DNA of 54,253 nucleotides, taken from contig DAIRTZ010000001.1 in NCBI GenBank assembly GCA_036803605.1, forward strand, positions 1-54,253, written 5' to 3'. A program made the translations under genes and the position numbers. This document shows positions 1-10,935 of the stretch, piece by piece. The stretch comes from Methanobacterium sp. (GTDB lineage Archaea > Methanobacteriota > Methanobacteria > Methanobacteriales > Methanobacteriaceae). Under the pieces are notes generated by a model, which saw only the letters and a list, made by a program, of their open reading frames with translations, was not told where the DNA came from and did no database searches. Each line of letters opens with the position of its first letter. Within the stretch, counting starts at the first letter, position 1.

Positions 1-87
1 TAATTTTTCAGGTAGGAATCTATGATCCAAATATTTTTTGCATTTAAAAACTGTCTTTTTCTCGCCCAATTCTTCAAATATATTCAT
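1..87 (-). CDS. cdc6: Cdc6/Orc1 replication initiator, 5' end only (continues off the window)
   Basis: Manual translation from ATG at 87: [29 protein letters not shown], matching the N-terminus of Methanobacteriales Cdc6-1 ([10 protein letters not shown] motif); GTGGT RBS upstream; adjacent to ORB repeats. Confidence 0.9.
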   Translation of the reverse strand, partial: MNIFEELGEKKTVFKCKKYLDHRFLPEKL

Positions 88-274
88 AAGTACCACATAT
101 TCCGTTTTAATAAAAAAATATAAATACGATTGATTTAATTATCCATAAAAAATTCAGATCCAACTTTAATTAAGTGTTTTTGAATTAAAATAATGGATTT
201 TAAATTGTAATTTATTGTATTGAGCTTAGATTTTAACTTTTTTTGATTTACAACACATAAAATTTGGGAATGAG

Positions 275-449
275 AGGTGCATTTCAAGTGTAAATCACAT
301 TAATCAATGCAGTTGTTTTTCATAAGGTGCATTTCAAGTGTAAAAAACATTGAATAAACATTTTATGATACTGAGAGGTGCATTTCAAGTGTAACATTTA
401 ATGTTTCATTGAAGTTTTTTTAGGGTGAAAGGTACATTTCAAGTGTAAA
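275..449 (-). repeat. Left mini-ORB cluster, 4 copies of AGGT(G/A)CATTTCAAGTGTAA(A/C)
   Basis: Copies at 275-294, 325-344, 376-395 and 430-449; reverse complement contains TTACACTTGAAAT. Confidence 0.92.
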
Positions 450-1245
450 TATTAATCAGTGAATTATTTGTTTTATAGTTTTCGTATCATTAATTTTGTA
501 ACAACAAAAATAATCATTTGAAAAATGTTAAATTAATTTATTTAATTTTAATATTAAATTCTGATAAAGAATTATTTTCAAATTATATCATATAATATGG
601 CATTGAAAGAAATTTAAAGGATAACTGTATATATAATTGAAAATTATTTAAGAAAATCAATAATTTTGTAAATAATGTTTTAAATTTCAAAATTAGAGAA
701 CTCTTTAAATTACATATCTGATGAATAATTAAAGATAATATAGGATTAATCTAAATATTTTATTTAAAATCTATTGATTCGAGTAATTTTTTTGTTATAT
801 TATATTTTAAAGCTTAAATAATGTATATATTTAGTTTAAACATTTATATGATGAATAATTTTTAATATTTGTTTTTTGGAAGTTAATTAATTATAATATA
901 GTAGATTTTATAGATATATTTATATATTATAAAAAATTATGAAATATCAGTATAAATAATAAATTTATATAAATATATAAAAAAATTTATAAAAAAAGTT
1001 AAAATTCTATTATTTTTGAAACTTTCCTATTTGGTACTATTATGAGCATTAAATGTTTTAAAAATCTTTTATTTTAATATAAGTTAACATATAATGATAT
1101 TGTTTGTTTTTTTATAAATTTAATTATATTTTATTCATTGTATTTGGTTATTTGTCAATTATTTATATAAAATATACTATGATAATATTTGATAATTATC
1201 AAATTATTACAAATATTTATGGAATAATGTTCAAAAAACTACAAT
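450..1245. other. AT-rich DNA unwinding element (DUE) region of oriC
   Basis: Long non-coding stretch, nearly all A/T around 840-1100, between the inverted ORB clusters; exact melting site unknown. Confidence 0.7.
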
Positions 1246-1606
1246 TTTACACTTGCAATGTACCTTTAAAAAAATGTGTAAAAAATTCATATTTAAATTA
1301 TCATAATGGTGTTGAAATTTTACACTTGCAATGCACCTCTCACCATTATATTTTACAATCAATTCTATTATTTTACACTTGAAATATACCTTTCATTCCT
1401 TGATTAAATTTTTTATTTCATAAAATTGGTATTAAATGAATAAAACAATATTAATCCATCTATTATTAAAAATCCTTTAATTTTTCAAATAACTTATCTA
1501 AAAAGAGATAATCCTAACTTTTTAAATAATTTAGCTGAAAAAACTTGAATTATATAAATTCTAATTTTTGCTTGGTAATGATTTATGTTACACATGAAAT
1601 GCATCT
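1246..1606 (+). repeat. Right mini-ORB cluster, 4 copies, inverted relative to the left cluster
   Basis: TTTACACTTGCAATGTACCT 1246-1265, TTTACACTTGCAATGCACCT 1319-1338, TTTACACTTGAAATATACCT 1372-1391, degenerate GTTACACATGAAATGCATCT 1587-1606. Confidence 0.88.
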
Positions 1607-1726
1607 CTGTGCCCTAAAAATTATTTTACAAGTTAAATTACAATAACAATTAATTAATTTAAAATCAACTATGGATAATAACCAGATCAGGATGAAGTAT
1701 ATTAATCTAACTAGGAGAAATCATTT

Positions 1727-2656
1727 ATGGATATTTTAGTAATTATTTTAACAGCAGTAGTCATTGATATCCTTTTTGGAGAACTTCCATCTAAAATTCA
1801 TCCTGTAGTATTAATGGGTAAACTAATCACAATTTTAAAAAAACTACTCCAAAATAATAATAATAGATTTTCTGGTATACTTCTAACTACAACTGTGCTC
1901 ATTACTTTAATAAGCCTATTTTTGCTTTTGATAATAATATCAACATTCAATTATTACCTATACATCTTAATATCTGCAATACTGCTCTCAACAACATTTG
2001 CAATAAAATCCCTCTTAAATTCAATTGTTTTGGTTCAGAAAGATATTGGTAATGATATTAATAACGCAAAAACATCTGTTTCTTTTCTCGTAAGCAGGAA
2101 AACTTCCACTCTTTCAGAAAAAGAACTTATTTCTGCAGCTATTGAAACTCTCACCGAAAATATAACAGACTCTGTAACAGCACCCCTGATTTATACATTC
2201 ATTTTTGGTGTTTTAGGAGCAGTTTTTTACAGGGTGATAAATACCCTTGATGCGATGGTGGGGTATAAAAACCCCGAAAACATAAATATAGGATGGTTTC
2301 CTGCTAAATTTGACGATATATTAAATTATATACCTGCTAGAATAACTGGTTTTCTGATAGTAATAGCATCTATGATACTAAAATTCGACTGGAAAAATTC
2401 ATATAAAATCATGATGAGAGACGCTAATAAAACGCCAAGCCCAAATTCAGGATATACTATGGCTGCTACTGCAGGAGCGTTAGGTATTCAACTCGTAAAA
2501 CCAGGTTATTATCATTTGGGAGATCATATAAATCCTTTAGAATTAGACACTATTACCAAAACAATTCTACTTACAAAAATTACCATAATTCTTTTCTTAA
2601 TAATCTCTATCTCTCTATTTGCAATATTTACATGGTTTACAATTATTTTGTTCTAA
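1727..2656 (+). CDS. cbiB: Adenosylcobinamide-phosphate synthase CbiB/CobD
   Basis: HPVVLMGK, ETLTENITD, YRVINTLDAMVGYK and SPNSG motifs; membrane protein; AGGAG RBS. Confidence 0.95.
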   Translation: MDILVIILTAVVIDILFGELPSKIHPVVLMGKLITILKKLLQNNNNRFSGILLTTTVLITLISLFLLLIIISTFNYYLYILISAILLSTTFAIKSLLNSIVLVQKDIGNDINNAKTSVSFLVSRKTSTLSEKELISAAIETLTENITDSVTAPLIYTFIFGVLGAVFYRVINTLDAMVGYKNPENINIGWFPAKFDDILNYIPARITGFLIVIASMILKFDWKNSYKIMMRDANKTPSPNSGYTMAATAGALGIQLVKPGYYHLGDHINPLELDTITKTILLTKITIILFLIISISLFAIFTWFTIILF

Positions 2657-2749
2657 AAAAATTGAAATAAATATTTGCTAATTAATAAATAATATAATAT
2701 AAAAGTTTCATTAATCAAAATTCATTAATTAGATAACGTTAATTGGACG

Positions 2750-3751
2750 ATGAAAATGAAAATAGCTCTAATTAGTTTAACAAAAAATGGTAAAATTCTA
2801 GCAAATAGTATTTTAACATTACTAAAGGATGATCCTACAGTAATTAGGGTTGATACTTTCCATAAAAATGTTAAAGAGACTTTAAATGATATATTCAACT
2901 ATTATGATTGTATAATTGGGATTATGGCCACTGGGATAATGGTTAGAAATATTTGTGGCTTAATTAAGAATAAGAAATATGATCCAGCAGTTTTAATAAT
3001 TGATGAAAATGGTCAACATGTAATTAGTCTTATTTCAGGACACTTAGGTGGTGGAAATGAATATTCTACTAAAATTGCCAATATTATTGGGGGAAAACCG
3101 ATTATTACAACTTCTACTGATATTAATCATAAATTAGGTGTTGATAGCTTTGCTAGGAAGTATTATCTCGATATTGACGATGTTTCAAAAATAAAGGAAA
3201 TAAATACAGATTTAATAAATGATGAAAATGTTCAAATAAGCTTTAATCACAAATTCAATTTTATAATGGAAGATTATGATCTAAAAAAATCCTACCAGCT
3301 AATTCCAAGCAAATCAAACTTATTAACAGTATCAAATCGATCGCTTACAATTAATTTAGAGCCAAAAAAGATTGTGGTTGGAATTGGATCTAGAAAGAAC
3401 ATTGATTCCAACGATGTGATTAATGCAGTTAAATCTGCTTTGAAACTTCTTGATATACCTCTTAAACGTATTGATGCAATGGCTACAGGTCAGATGAAGC
3501 AAAATGAGAATGGAATTATTAATGCTTCATTGGAACTAGGAATTCCACTGGAAATAATTCCCGAAGATTTATTGAAAGATTTCAAGAGTCCCTACTTAAA
3601 TGGCTCTGATTTTGTAATGAAAAAGTTTGGGGTCCAAGGTGTTTGTGAACCTTCTTCTTTAATAGCAGCAGGAGATAAATCAACTTTAATTTTTCGAAAA
3701 ACAGCTTATAATGGCGTTACGGTGGCTCTAGCTGTTTCTAAAAAAATATAA
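2750..3751 (+). CDS. cbiG: Cobalt-precorrin-5A hydrolase CbiG
   Basis: DPAVLIIDENG..VISLISGHLGGGN and GVCEPSSL motifs. Confidence 0.95.
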   Translation: MKMKIALISLTKNGKILANSILTLLKDDPTVIRVDTFHKNVKETLNDIFNYYDCIIGIMATGIMVRNICGLIKNKKYDPAVLIIDENGQHVISLISGHLGGGNEYSTKIANIIGGKPIITTSTDINHKLGVDSFARKYYLDIDDVSKIKEINTDLINDENVQISFNHKFNFIMEDYDLKKSYQLIPSKSNLLTVSNRSLTINLEPKKIVVGIGSRKNIDSNDVINAVKSALKLLDIPLKRIDAMATGQMKQNENGIINASLELGIPLEIIPEDLLKDFKSPYLNGSDFVMKKFGVQGVCEPSSLIAAGDKSTLIFRKTAYNGVTVALAVSKKI

Positions 3752-3869
3752 AAAATATAATTTTTACACAAAAGCTTTTTAATCAGAAGGTATAAAAATA
3801 CATGGATATAACTTATATTAATATAATTTAAATCTATGTAACATTTAACTTAAAAATGGAGGCTAAATT

Positions 3870-4124
3870 ATGACTCAAGATGCATTCGATCGTTGTAATC
3901 AAATACTACAACATATAACTGAAGATACAAGCGTTCCTAGGAACATTAGACGGGCCGCTGAAGAATCGAAGGATTTATTATCTAAGGATGATAACGAACC
4001 AACCGTTCGAGCAAGTACGGTTATCTCTATATTGGATGAGATCAGTAACGATCCTAACATTCCTATACATGCTAGAACACTTATTTGGAACGTTTTAAGT
4101 GAATTAGAATCTATTCGCCACTAA
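3870..4124 (+). CDS. UPF0147 family protein
   Basis: [31 protein letters not shown] signature; GGAGG RBS. Confidence 0.9.
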   Translation: MTQDAFDRCNQILQHITEDTSVPRNIRRAAEESKDLLSKDDNEPTVRASTVISILDEISNDPNIPIHARTLIWNVLSELESIRH

Positions 4125-4698
4125 GGACTTTTTTTACAAATTGTATTTTGGCACTTTCTTCAATGAATTCAGCGAGAAGAGTGGCATCATCCAAATTTTT
4201 ACCAACGGCGACCACGCCGTGCCCTTTCAAAATAACAACATCATTATTTTTTAATCCTTTAGAAACTGCTTCTGCAAGTTCAATACTTCCTGGAGGGTAA
4301 TATTCAACGAATGGAATGTATTGATCTGTTATAGGTCCAAAACCTTCAAATCTTTCTATTTTTTCATTAGCAAAAGCAAATCCTGTTGCAATTGGTGAAT
4401 GGGTATGCACTACTGCACCAACATTTACCCTTATGTTATATATGTTAAGATGCATTATCAATTCCGAAGTTGGTTTTTTATCGGAACCATAAATTGGATT
4501 TCCATTCATATCGACTATTACAATTTCTTTTTCTACCAATGATTTAAGGGATAATCCACTTGGTGTGACAGCAATTCGTTCAAATTCATCCTTTTTATAT
4601 CTTATACTGATATTTCCAGATTTTCCAGGAACAAGTCCCTTATCGTATAGGTAACTTGATACTTCAATCATTTTCCTTAAAATTTCCTTTCTCTGAAT
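4111..4698 (-). CDS. fucA: Class II aldolase/adducin family (L-fuculose-1-phosphate aldolase-like); start either ATT 4698 or ATG 4671
   Basis: [25 protein letters not shown] and LKGHG metal-binding motifs. Confidence 0.85.
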   Translation of the reverse strand: MQRKEILRKMIEVSSYLYDKGLVPGKSGNISIRYKKDEFERIAVTPSGLSLKSLVEKEIVIVDMNGNPIYGSDKKPTSELIMHLNIYNIRVNVGAVVHTHSPIATGFAFANEKIERFEGFGPITDQYIPFVEYYPPGSIELAEAVSKGLKNNDVVILKGHGVVAVGKNLDDATLLAEFIEESAKIQFVKKVLSGE

Positions 4699-4783
4699 AG
4701 TAAATCCCCCTGGATTGGAATAATTAATGGATTCTAAAAATATTTTATGAACTAAAAATCAATATTTTAATTTGAAACAAAAT

Positions 4784-6292
4784 TCAAGTGAATTTAAGTA
4801 TTTTAAGAGATCCTCTGTTAAGTACAGGTACCTCTGCACATGTTGGCATTATATTATATATTTTCTGGAATTCTGTCTGCGACTGAAAAGTTCCCGAATT
4901 TATCATATGTATCCCTTTATGTTTCTTATATGCGTTTATATGAACATGACCTGTGTGAAATATGTCTGGTATTTCATCTATCACAAGATGATCCTCAAAT
5001 TCGGATGCTAAAGGGGTTCTTTCCCCGTATATAGGTGCTAGGTGCCGTTTTTCAATAAGCTCCCTCATTATGAGGTCAGAATTTTGATGGGATAGCCCAT
5101 TAACTGTCATTGCTAGGTCATCAAAACTTCTACCATGGTATATGAGAGTTTTAAAACCATCTAGACTTACCAGTGAAGGGTTGCTAACAAATTCTGCATT
5201 TTTAATTTTATAGAGGTCAGCTGCATAATGTTCTGGAATTGCGGGCTGTGGTTCTGCCAGTCTCGATGCATCGTGGTTTCCTGGTGCTATAATTATTTTA
5301 ATATCACTAATATCTCCTAATAATCTTGCTGCTTCTTCATACTGCTCATAAATATTTTTAATCGTAAGTTCTTCTTCTTGGTGTGGATATACTCCTATTC
5401 CGTCTACAACATCCCCTGCTACCACAAGATATCGCACATCGTTCGCTATCTTTCTCTGTTCTTCATCTCCAAAATCACCATTGATCCACTTAACAAATCT
5501 TTTAAATTCTTCATCAAGAAAAGTTGAACTTCCAATATGGATATCAGAAACAAAAACAGCAGAAAAATCCATTTTTTTCTCTTCAATCCTAGGAACACTT
5601 GGATGGATTATCTCAGAAGCAATAACCAGACTTCCTTTTTTACTTCCAATAACACCTAATACTTCGTCTTTTACAATGCTTTCCGCCATTTCAAAGAGGG
5701 AATGATTTTCATTGTGTATCAAAACAGTAATGTAACCAGTTTCATCTTCAATTTCCATGATTTTGTGATTGTTTTTGGTATTTCTAATATCATTTACCAT
5801 CCCTATCACATTTACAACATCGTCACGTACACCCACATCTTTCATGGGATAACTATCCCTGAGTCCAGGTTTTTTGATCAACATGGCCTTTATTTTCTGG
5901 AATCTACTGTTGAAATAGGATGAAAAGTCTTTAATCTCTCCATTGGTGTAAGATTTTTTACTAGTATCCTGTATCACATGGAAATCAAATGGTCCATCCA
6001 TGAGTTTGCTTTGGGGAGGATTTAAACTTTTAACTGTTGTATTTCCCTCTTCTTCAGCTCCGGAACCATCATTAGAATATTTATACTGGTCGTAATCTTG
6101 AATATTCCTCTGAACGTACTGGTCTACAATTTCACCAGTTAGAATTAATAGATCCCTGTTTGTACCTGAAAGATCTTGAATTAAAGAATCTGCAAATTGT
6201 AAGGCATTATCATGCTGTGCGATTTTTTTATATGCTGAATCATCTATGAGAAGTTCGGCGTTTGTGAATTTTAAAATTATATCATCGTTCAT
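4784..6292 (-). CDS. polB: DNA polymerase D small (proofreading exonuclease) subunit DP1
   Basis: OB-fold plus calcineurin-like motifs [43 protein letters not shown]. Confidence 0.95.
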   Translation of the reverse strand: MNDDIILKFTNAELLIDDSAYKKIAQHDNALQFADSLIQDLSGTNRDLLILTGEIVDQYVQRNIQDYDQYKYSNDGSGAEEEGNTTVKSLNPPQSKLMDGPFDFHVIQDTSKKSYTNGEIKDFSSYFNSRFQKIKAMLIKKPGLRDSYPMKDVGVRDDVVNVIGMVNDIRNTKNNHKIMEIEDETGYITVLIHNENHSLFEMAESIVKDEVLGVIGSKKGSLVIASEIIHPSVPRIEEKKMDFSAVFVSDIHIGSSTFLDEEFKRFVKWINGDFGDEEQRKIANDVRYLVVAGDVVDGIGVYPHQEEELTIKNIYEQYEEAARLLGDISDIKIIIAPGNHDASRLAEPQPAIPEHYAADLYKIKNAEFVSNPSLVSLDGFKTLIYHGRSFDDLAMTVNGLSHQNSDLIMRELIEKRHLAPIYGERTPLASEFEDHLVIDEIPDIFHTGHVHINAYKKHKGIHMINSGTFQSQTEFQKIYNIMPTCAEVPVLNRGSLKILKFT

Positions 6293-6413
6293 AAGATCCC
6301 AAGGAATATATTTTTCAACAAAATGTACAAATAACAGTATTCAAACTATATTTATAATCTTAATTATAATAGTTAATCCAATTACTGATCCAGAAAAATT
6401 GAAGGTGGTATAT

Positions 6414-6929
6414 TTGTCCAGAATCATGAAGTTTATATTAATCCTAGTATTTTTAGTTGTTTTCTTTGAAGCAGGTCTAATAAGTTCTTATACTATTGTT
6501 ACATCCCAAGCTCCAGATGTTGGGAAACTCATTGGAATGCAGATCGAGGAGATTACATCATTAATAAGCTTTGGATCAGGTTCAAATATTCTTAATACTC
6601 AACAAAACAAGGTAATTAGTAATCCTGATGATGTTGCAGCCGCTTTGCAGAATAAAACTGGATTAAGTGGTATAAACGTCCAGTCTTTAACAGCTCAAAC
6701 AATTGCAAATTCAAAGCAAACAATTATTCCAGTTAATATAACTGTAATGGGATATCAGGACTCTATTTCTGGCGGAAATAGTACACAGATAATCATAAGT
6801 GCCAATCAAACTTACAGTATAACTGCGACAGCTAATGGTACTCTGAGTAATGGTAAGATTGATATTGATGTGAACACTATTCAGATAACATCATCCCGTA
6901 AACTCTATGGAAATACCAACGGTACCTAA
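6414..6929 (+). CDS. Hypothetical membrane-anchored/secreted protein
   Basis: TTG at 6414 after GGTGG RBS; N-terminal hydrophobic helix then a Thr/Asn/Ser-rich region; the ORF-track start at 6246 overlaps DP1 and is unlikely. Confidence 0.75.
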   Translation: MSRIMKFILILVFLVVFFEAGLISSYTIVTSQAPDVGKLIGMQIEEITSLISFGSGSNILNTQQNKVISNPDDVAAALQNKTGLSGINVQSLTAQTIANSKQTIIPVNITVMGYQDSISGGNSTQIIISANQTYSITATANGTLSNGKIDIDVNTIQITSSRKLYGNTNGT

Positions 6930-7026
6930 AAAACTTAAATCTCATATCTGGTTTTTATTGTTCTAATTCATAAATATAAGACAATTAAATTAATTTTAAA
7001 TTTTTTATAAAACTAAAGGTGAAGAA

Positions 7027-8097
7027 ATGATCAGTGTGATTGGTATAGGTCCATCTCGTGAAGATATGACCCTACGCGCAGTGAATACAATTAAAGCTGC
7101 GGATGTTATAATTACATACAAATCCTACATAAAAAATATAGAAGACCTTGTGGTAGGAAAAGAGGTTATATTAAAGGGTATGGGTGATGAAATAAAACGT
7201 GCCGAACTTGCAATAGCAAAGTCAAGAGAAGGTAAAAAAGTTGCATTGGTAAGTTCAGGAGATCCGGGTGTTTTTGGAATGGGGAATGTTTTATTCCAGA
7301 TCATTGGGAAGTACTCTGACGTTAAGGTTGAGGTTATTCCTGGAGTTACTGCTTCAAACTTCGCTGCAGGATTATTAGGGGCTCCATTGCATGATTTTGC
7401 TGTTATAAGTTTTAGTGATATATTGACACCAATTTCTGAAATAAAGAGAAAAGTTAAAGCTGCATCTGAAGCTGATTTTGTAATTGCTATTTATAATCCA
7501 CTTAGTAAATCTAGGAAACAGCCATTTGAGGAATCAATTAAAATCATGCTGGAAACAAAAAAACCCGATACAATTGTAGGAATTGTAATGAGTACAGATG
7601 ATGGAGTAGATGTTTCAATTACAACTCTTGATAAACTCTCAGATAATGAAATTAACATGTCAACCACCATAATAATTGGAAATTCTATGACATATGTCCA
7701 AGAGGGGTACATGATAACACCAAGGGGTTATAAGGTTTCTTATCCCATTCATCAACTTTCCAGAGAATTTTATGAGAGATACCTTGAGGGAGATGTAGAC
7801 GATGGTCCAAACATTGGATGCGAATATTATCCCTGCCACAGACATCAGCAGAACTGTAAATTCTGTTACTGTCCATTCTATCCTTGTGGGGAAAGTTCTA
7901 CTGGAGGAAAATGGATTAAAGATAAAGGAGTTTGGAGCTGTGAAGATTGTGAATGGATTCATAGTGATGAAACTGTTGAATGCATACAGACCAAGCTACC
8001 ACAAATACTCGAACATGTTGAGGACCTCAAGAATAAAAAGAAAGAGCTCCTTAAATTAAGAAGGGAATGCATCTTCAACACAAAAAAATCAAGCTAA
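7027..8097 (+). CDS. cbiH: Precorrin-3B C17-methyltransferase with a C-terminal Cys-rich domain
   Basis: [32 protein letters not shown] and TPRGY motifs; C-terminal [28 protein letters not shown]. Confidence 0.93.
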   Translation: MISVIGIGPSREDMTLRAVNTIKAADVIITYKSYIKNIEDLVVGKEVILKGMGDEIKRAELAIAKSREGKKVALVSSGDPGVFGMGNVLFQIIGKYSDVKVEVIPGVTASNFAAGLLGAPLHDFAVISFSDILTPISEIKRKVKAASEADFVIAIYNPLSKSRKQPFEESIKIMLETKKPDTIVGIVMSTDDGVDVSITTLDKLSDNEINMSTTIIIGNSMTYVQEGYMITPRGYKVSYPIHQLSREFYERYLEGDVDDGPNIGCEYYPCHRHQQNCKFCYCPFYPCGESSTGGKWIKDKGVWSCEDCEWIHSDETVECIQTKLPQILEHVEDLKNKKKELLKLRRECIFNTKKSS

Positions 8098-8275
8098 TTA
8101 TCATCATTTGCTTACTTTTATTTTTCTAAAATTTCCTTATTTTTTTTTAGCAATTTTAAGTAGAAATAAAAAAACTCCGATCTTGAATTTAGTTTTTCAA
8201 TTTTCTATAAACTAAATTATAAAACAAGAATTAAAAATAATACTTTTATATAGTATAGTATGTATAATTAATATT

Positions 8276-8525
8276 GGTAACTAGATTAGTAATAATATAT
8301 TCAAAACTTCGTACCTGATAAATCAGATTCTTTAATTAGTAATGTTCAAATATCGTTAAAGAATTCAGATTCCCGGATGGTTGTACAGGAGCTAAATCCA
8401 AGTACGTTCTGTTTTACTACCCCCCTCCAAAATTTAAATACAGGACCATCCTTTGGTTAAATAACCAATTCCAAGTTGGGCATGTTTGTAATTCAGCCCA
8501 AAAAAATATGACCCAACTTGGAAGG
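8276..8525 (+). ncRNA. Putative structured small RNA (unassigned family)
   Basis: TATA-like TTTTATAT at 8244-8251, four consecutive stem-loops, a G.U pair that works only on the + strand, no ORF; boundaries estimated. Confidence 0.5.
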
Positions 8526-8611
8526 GATAGTAAATTTGTTTAAGAACAACCATAAATAAATTGAATTCAAAAAAAAGAGAGGAAATTATTATATTACATT
8601 TTTATTTATTT

Positions 8612-9490
8612 TTAAATCTCTAACTCCATTACACCGTCAAACACAAGGATGGCTTCTCCTTCCATAAATATTCTTACTTCTTCGCCCATTTCATATACAA
8701 TAATAAGAAGTTCTCCGCCTGGAAGATGTACTTCAACCTCTTCATCAAGTTTTCCAAGTTTGAAACCAGCAATTACACAGGAAGTGGCTCCTGTACCGCA
8801 TGCAAGAGTAAATCCTGCACCTCTTTCCCAAGTTATCATTTCGATCTCATTTCTATTTATGATATTTACGAAGTGGACATTTGTTTTCTGAGGGAATGCA
8901 GGATGATTTTCAATTAAAGGCCCTATTTTGTTCAATTCTATATCTTCAATATTTTCGGTAAATATTACTGCATGAGGATTTCCAACATTTACTGCGGTTA
9001 TATTAATTGGTTTCCCATCTACCATCAGTTCTGAGTCTAAAAACTCGTCTTTGTTGCTTATCATGGGAATATCTGTTGTTTTAAATGTTGCTACTCCCAT
9101 ATCTACAGTCGAGGCTGTTACTTCTCCACCTTCTACATCCAAATCAACTTCTTTAATGCCTCCCCCTGTTTCTACAAGCATTTCATCACTATTTAGGATC
9201 TCATTCTCGTAAACATATTTTGCAAAGCACCTTATCCCGTTTCCACACATTTCAGCTTCGCTTCCATCTGAATTGAAGATTCTGAACCTTATATCTGCGT
9301 CTTCATTGGTTGCGGGAGTTACAAATATGACTCCATCTGCACCTACCGAGAAACCTCTTCTGCAGATCTCCTCTACAATTTCCGGTTTTTTTTCTTCGGG
9401 TATGAGAATTTTCTCTGATTCATCAAAGACAATGTAATCATTTCCAAGTCCATGCATTTTTGAAAAAGTAATTAACTTTTTTTCACTCAT
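8612..9490 (-). CDS. dapF: Diaminopimelate epimerase
   Basis: [24 protein letters not shown] and [13 protein letters not shown] motifs. Confidence 0.97.
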   Translation of the reverse strand: MSEKKLITFSKMHGLGNDYIVFDESEKILIPEEKKPEIVEEICRRGFSVGADGVIFVTPATNEDADIRFRIFNSDGSEAEMCGNGIRCFAKYVYENEILNSDEMLVETGGGIKEVDLDVEGGEVTASTVDMGVATFKTTDIPMISNKDEFLDSELMVDGKPINITAVNVGNPHAVIFTENIEDIELNKIGPLIENHPAFPQKTNVHFVNIINRNEIEMITWERGAGFTLACGTGATSCVIAGFKLGKLDEEVEVHLPGGELLIIVYEMGEEVRIFMEGEAILVFDGVMELEI

Positions 9491-10773
9491 TTTAGTAGCC
9501 TCACGGGCACGGTTTGTTTCGCAATCAAATCGGCGAATGTTTCTCTTTCCCTTATTATGTTTATTTCATCTTTGGATACTAGAATTTCTGCAGCTTTTGG
9601 CCGGCTGTTGTACTGGGACGACATTGAAAAAGCATATGCACCTGCATTTAAAATTGCTAGAACATCTCCTTCTTCAATGTCTGGCATAGGTCTATCTCGT
9701 GCAAATAAATCTCCTGATTCACAGACATCACCGGCAATATCAATCTTTTGGGTGGGTTCTGCTAATGGTTTACTTGCTGATACTATGTGGTGGTACGATC
9801 CATACATGGTTGGTCTGAGCAAAGTGTTAAAACCAGCATCAACACCTGAAAATTTCCTGTAACTCTGTTTTATAGTATTAACTCTAGTTAAAAGGATTGA
9901 TGCATCACCAACCAAGTAACGACCTGGTTCTATACACATTGTAGGTTTTCCAAGTCCATATTCTGTTAGTTTATCTTTGTACAAATTTGTGATTTTCTCT
10001 GCAAAGTTTTTGATATCTAGTTTGGACTCTTCAGGTGTGTAAGGTATTCCGATACCCCCACCGAAATCTATAAAATCAAATTCTACATCTGCACCTTCTT
10101 TAACTCTCCCTGCTATGTCCATCAAAGTTCTAACTGCTAGCATGAATGGTTCTGGATCGAGTATGCCCGATCCTATGTGTGTGTGGATTCCAACCGGGTT
10201 GAAACCTAGATTTTTAGCCATTTTGTATACTTTTACAGCTTCTTCTTCCATTACACCGAATTTACTAAGAGGTCCACCAGTTATACAGTGGTCATGATGT
10301 CCAGCCCCTACCATGGGGTTAACACGGAATGATATTTCCATTCCTTGGGCTTCAGGAATTTTTGAAAGTCTTCTAAGCTGAGAAATTGAGTCCAAGTTTA
10401 TTCTAACTCCAGATGTAACAGCGAATTTTAGTTCTTCATTGGTTACATTGTTTCCAGTGTAAAGAATTTTTGAAGGATCGAATCCTGCTAATAAACTAAT
10501 ATATATTTCTCCAGGTGAGACTGCGTCTATTCCACTTCCCTCTTTTTCCAATATTCTCATAACAGCAAGGTTAGTATTTGCTTTGCATGCATAAAACATT
10601 TTAAAATCACTGTAATAACTTGAAAATGCCTCATGAAGCCTTCTATAATTGTTTTTTATTCTTTCTTCGTCTATAACGTATAAGGGTGTTTTATACTGGT
10701 CTGCAAGTTCCAGTGTATCGGCCCCACCAATGATAAGATTTCCTTTTTCATTTGTTTTTAAATCAAAATCCAT
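9487..10773 (-). CDS. lysA: Diaminopimelate decarboxylase
   Basis: YACKAN PLP lysine, HIGSG, EPGRYLV and CESGD motifs; 4-bp overlap with dapF. Confidence 0.97.
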   Translation of the reverse strand: MDFDLKTNEKGNLIIGGADTLELADQYKTPLYVIDEERIKNNYRRLHEAFSSYYSDFKMFYACKANTNLAVMRILEKEGSGIDAVSPGEIYISLLAGFDPSKILYTGNNVTNEELKFAVTSGVRINLDSISQLRRLSKIPEAQGMEISFRVNPMVGAGHHDHCITGGPLSKFGVMEEEAVKVYKMAKNLGFNPVGIHTHIGSGILDPEPFMLAVRTLMDIAGRVKEGADVEFDFIDFGGGIGIPYTPEESKLDIKNFAEKITNLYKDKLTEYGLGKPTMCIEPGRYLVGDASILLTRVNTIKQSYRKFSGVDAGFNTLLRPTMYGSYHHIVSASKPLAEPTQKIDIAGDVCESGDLFARDRPMPDIEEGDVLAILNAGAYAFSMSSQYNSRPKAAEILVSKDEINIIRERETFADLIAKQTVPVRLLK

Positions 10774-10935
10774 GTATATTAATCCTCCGAAAACAAGAAA
10801 ATGAAGTGAATGTTAAATTTCTACCCTTTATCATATAAAAAATTATACTTGAACAAAATTTAGTGGGTGAAAAATATTTATTGAATACACTATAGAAACA
10901 GAAAAAAATAAAATAGGGATGATTTAAGCAATATT

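Larger units (their letters stand above)
275..1606. other. Chromosomal replication origin (oriC)
   Basis: Intergenic region between cdc6 and cbiB with 8 copies of a TTACACTTGAAAT-type mini-ORB in two oppositely oriented clusters flanking a very AT-rich stretch. Confidence 0.9.

Noticed and set aside
275..449. CRISPR array (20-bp repeats with 30-34 bp unique spacers)
   Set aside because: Repeats are short, recur in inverted orientation ~800 bp away, match the Cdc6-binding mini-ORB and sit beside cdc6; no cas genes are present
1104..1382. 92-aa ORF inside oriC
   Set aside because: Low-complexity F/Y/I/N/K product from AT-rich DNA, TTG start without an RBS, and it overlaps ORBs
8276..8525. RNase P RNA, SRP RNA or C/D guide as the identity of the structured region
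   Set aside because: No GAGGAAAGUCC, no SRP helix-8 GGAA motif and no properly placed C and D boxes seen on either strand
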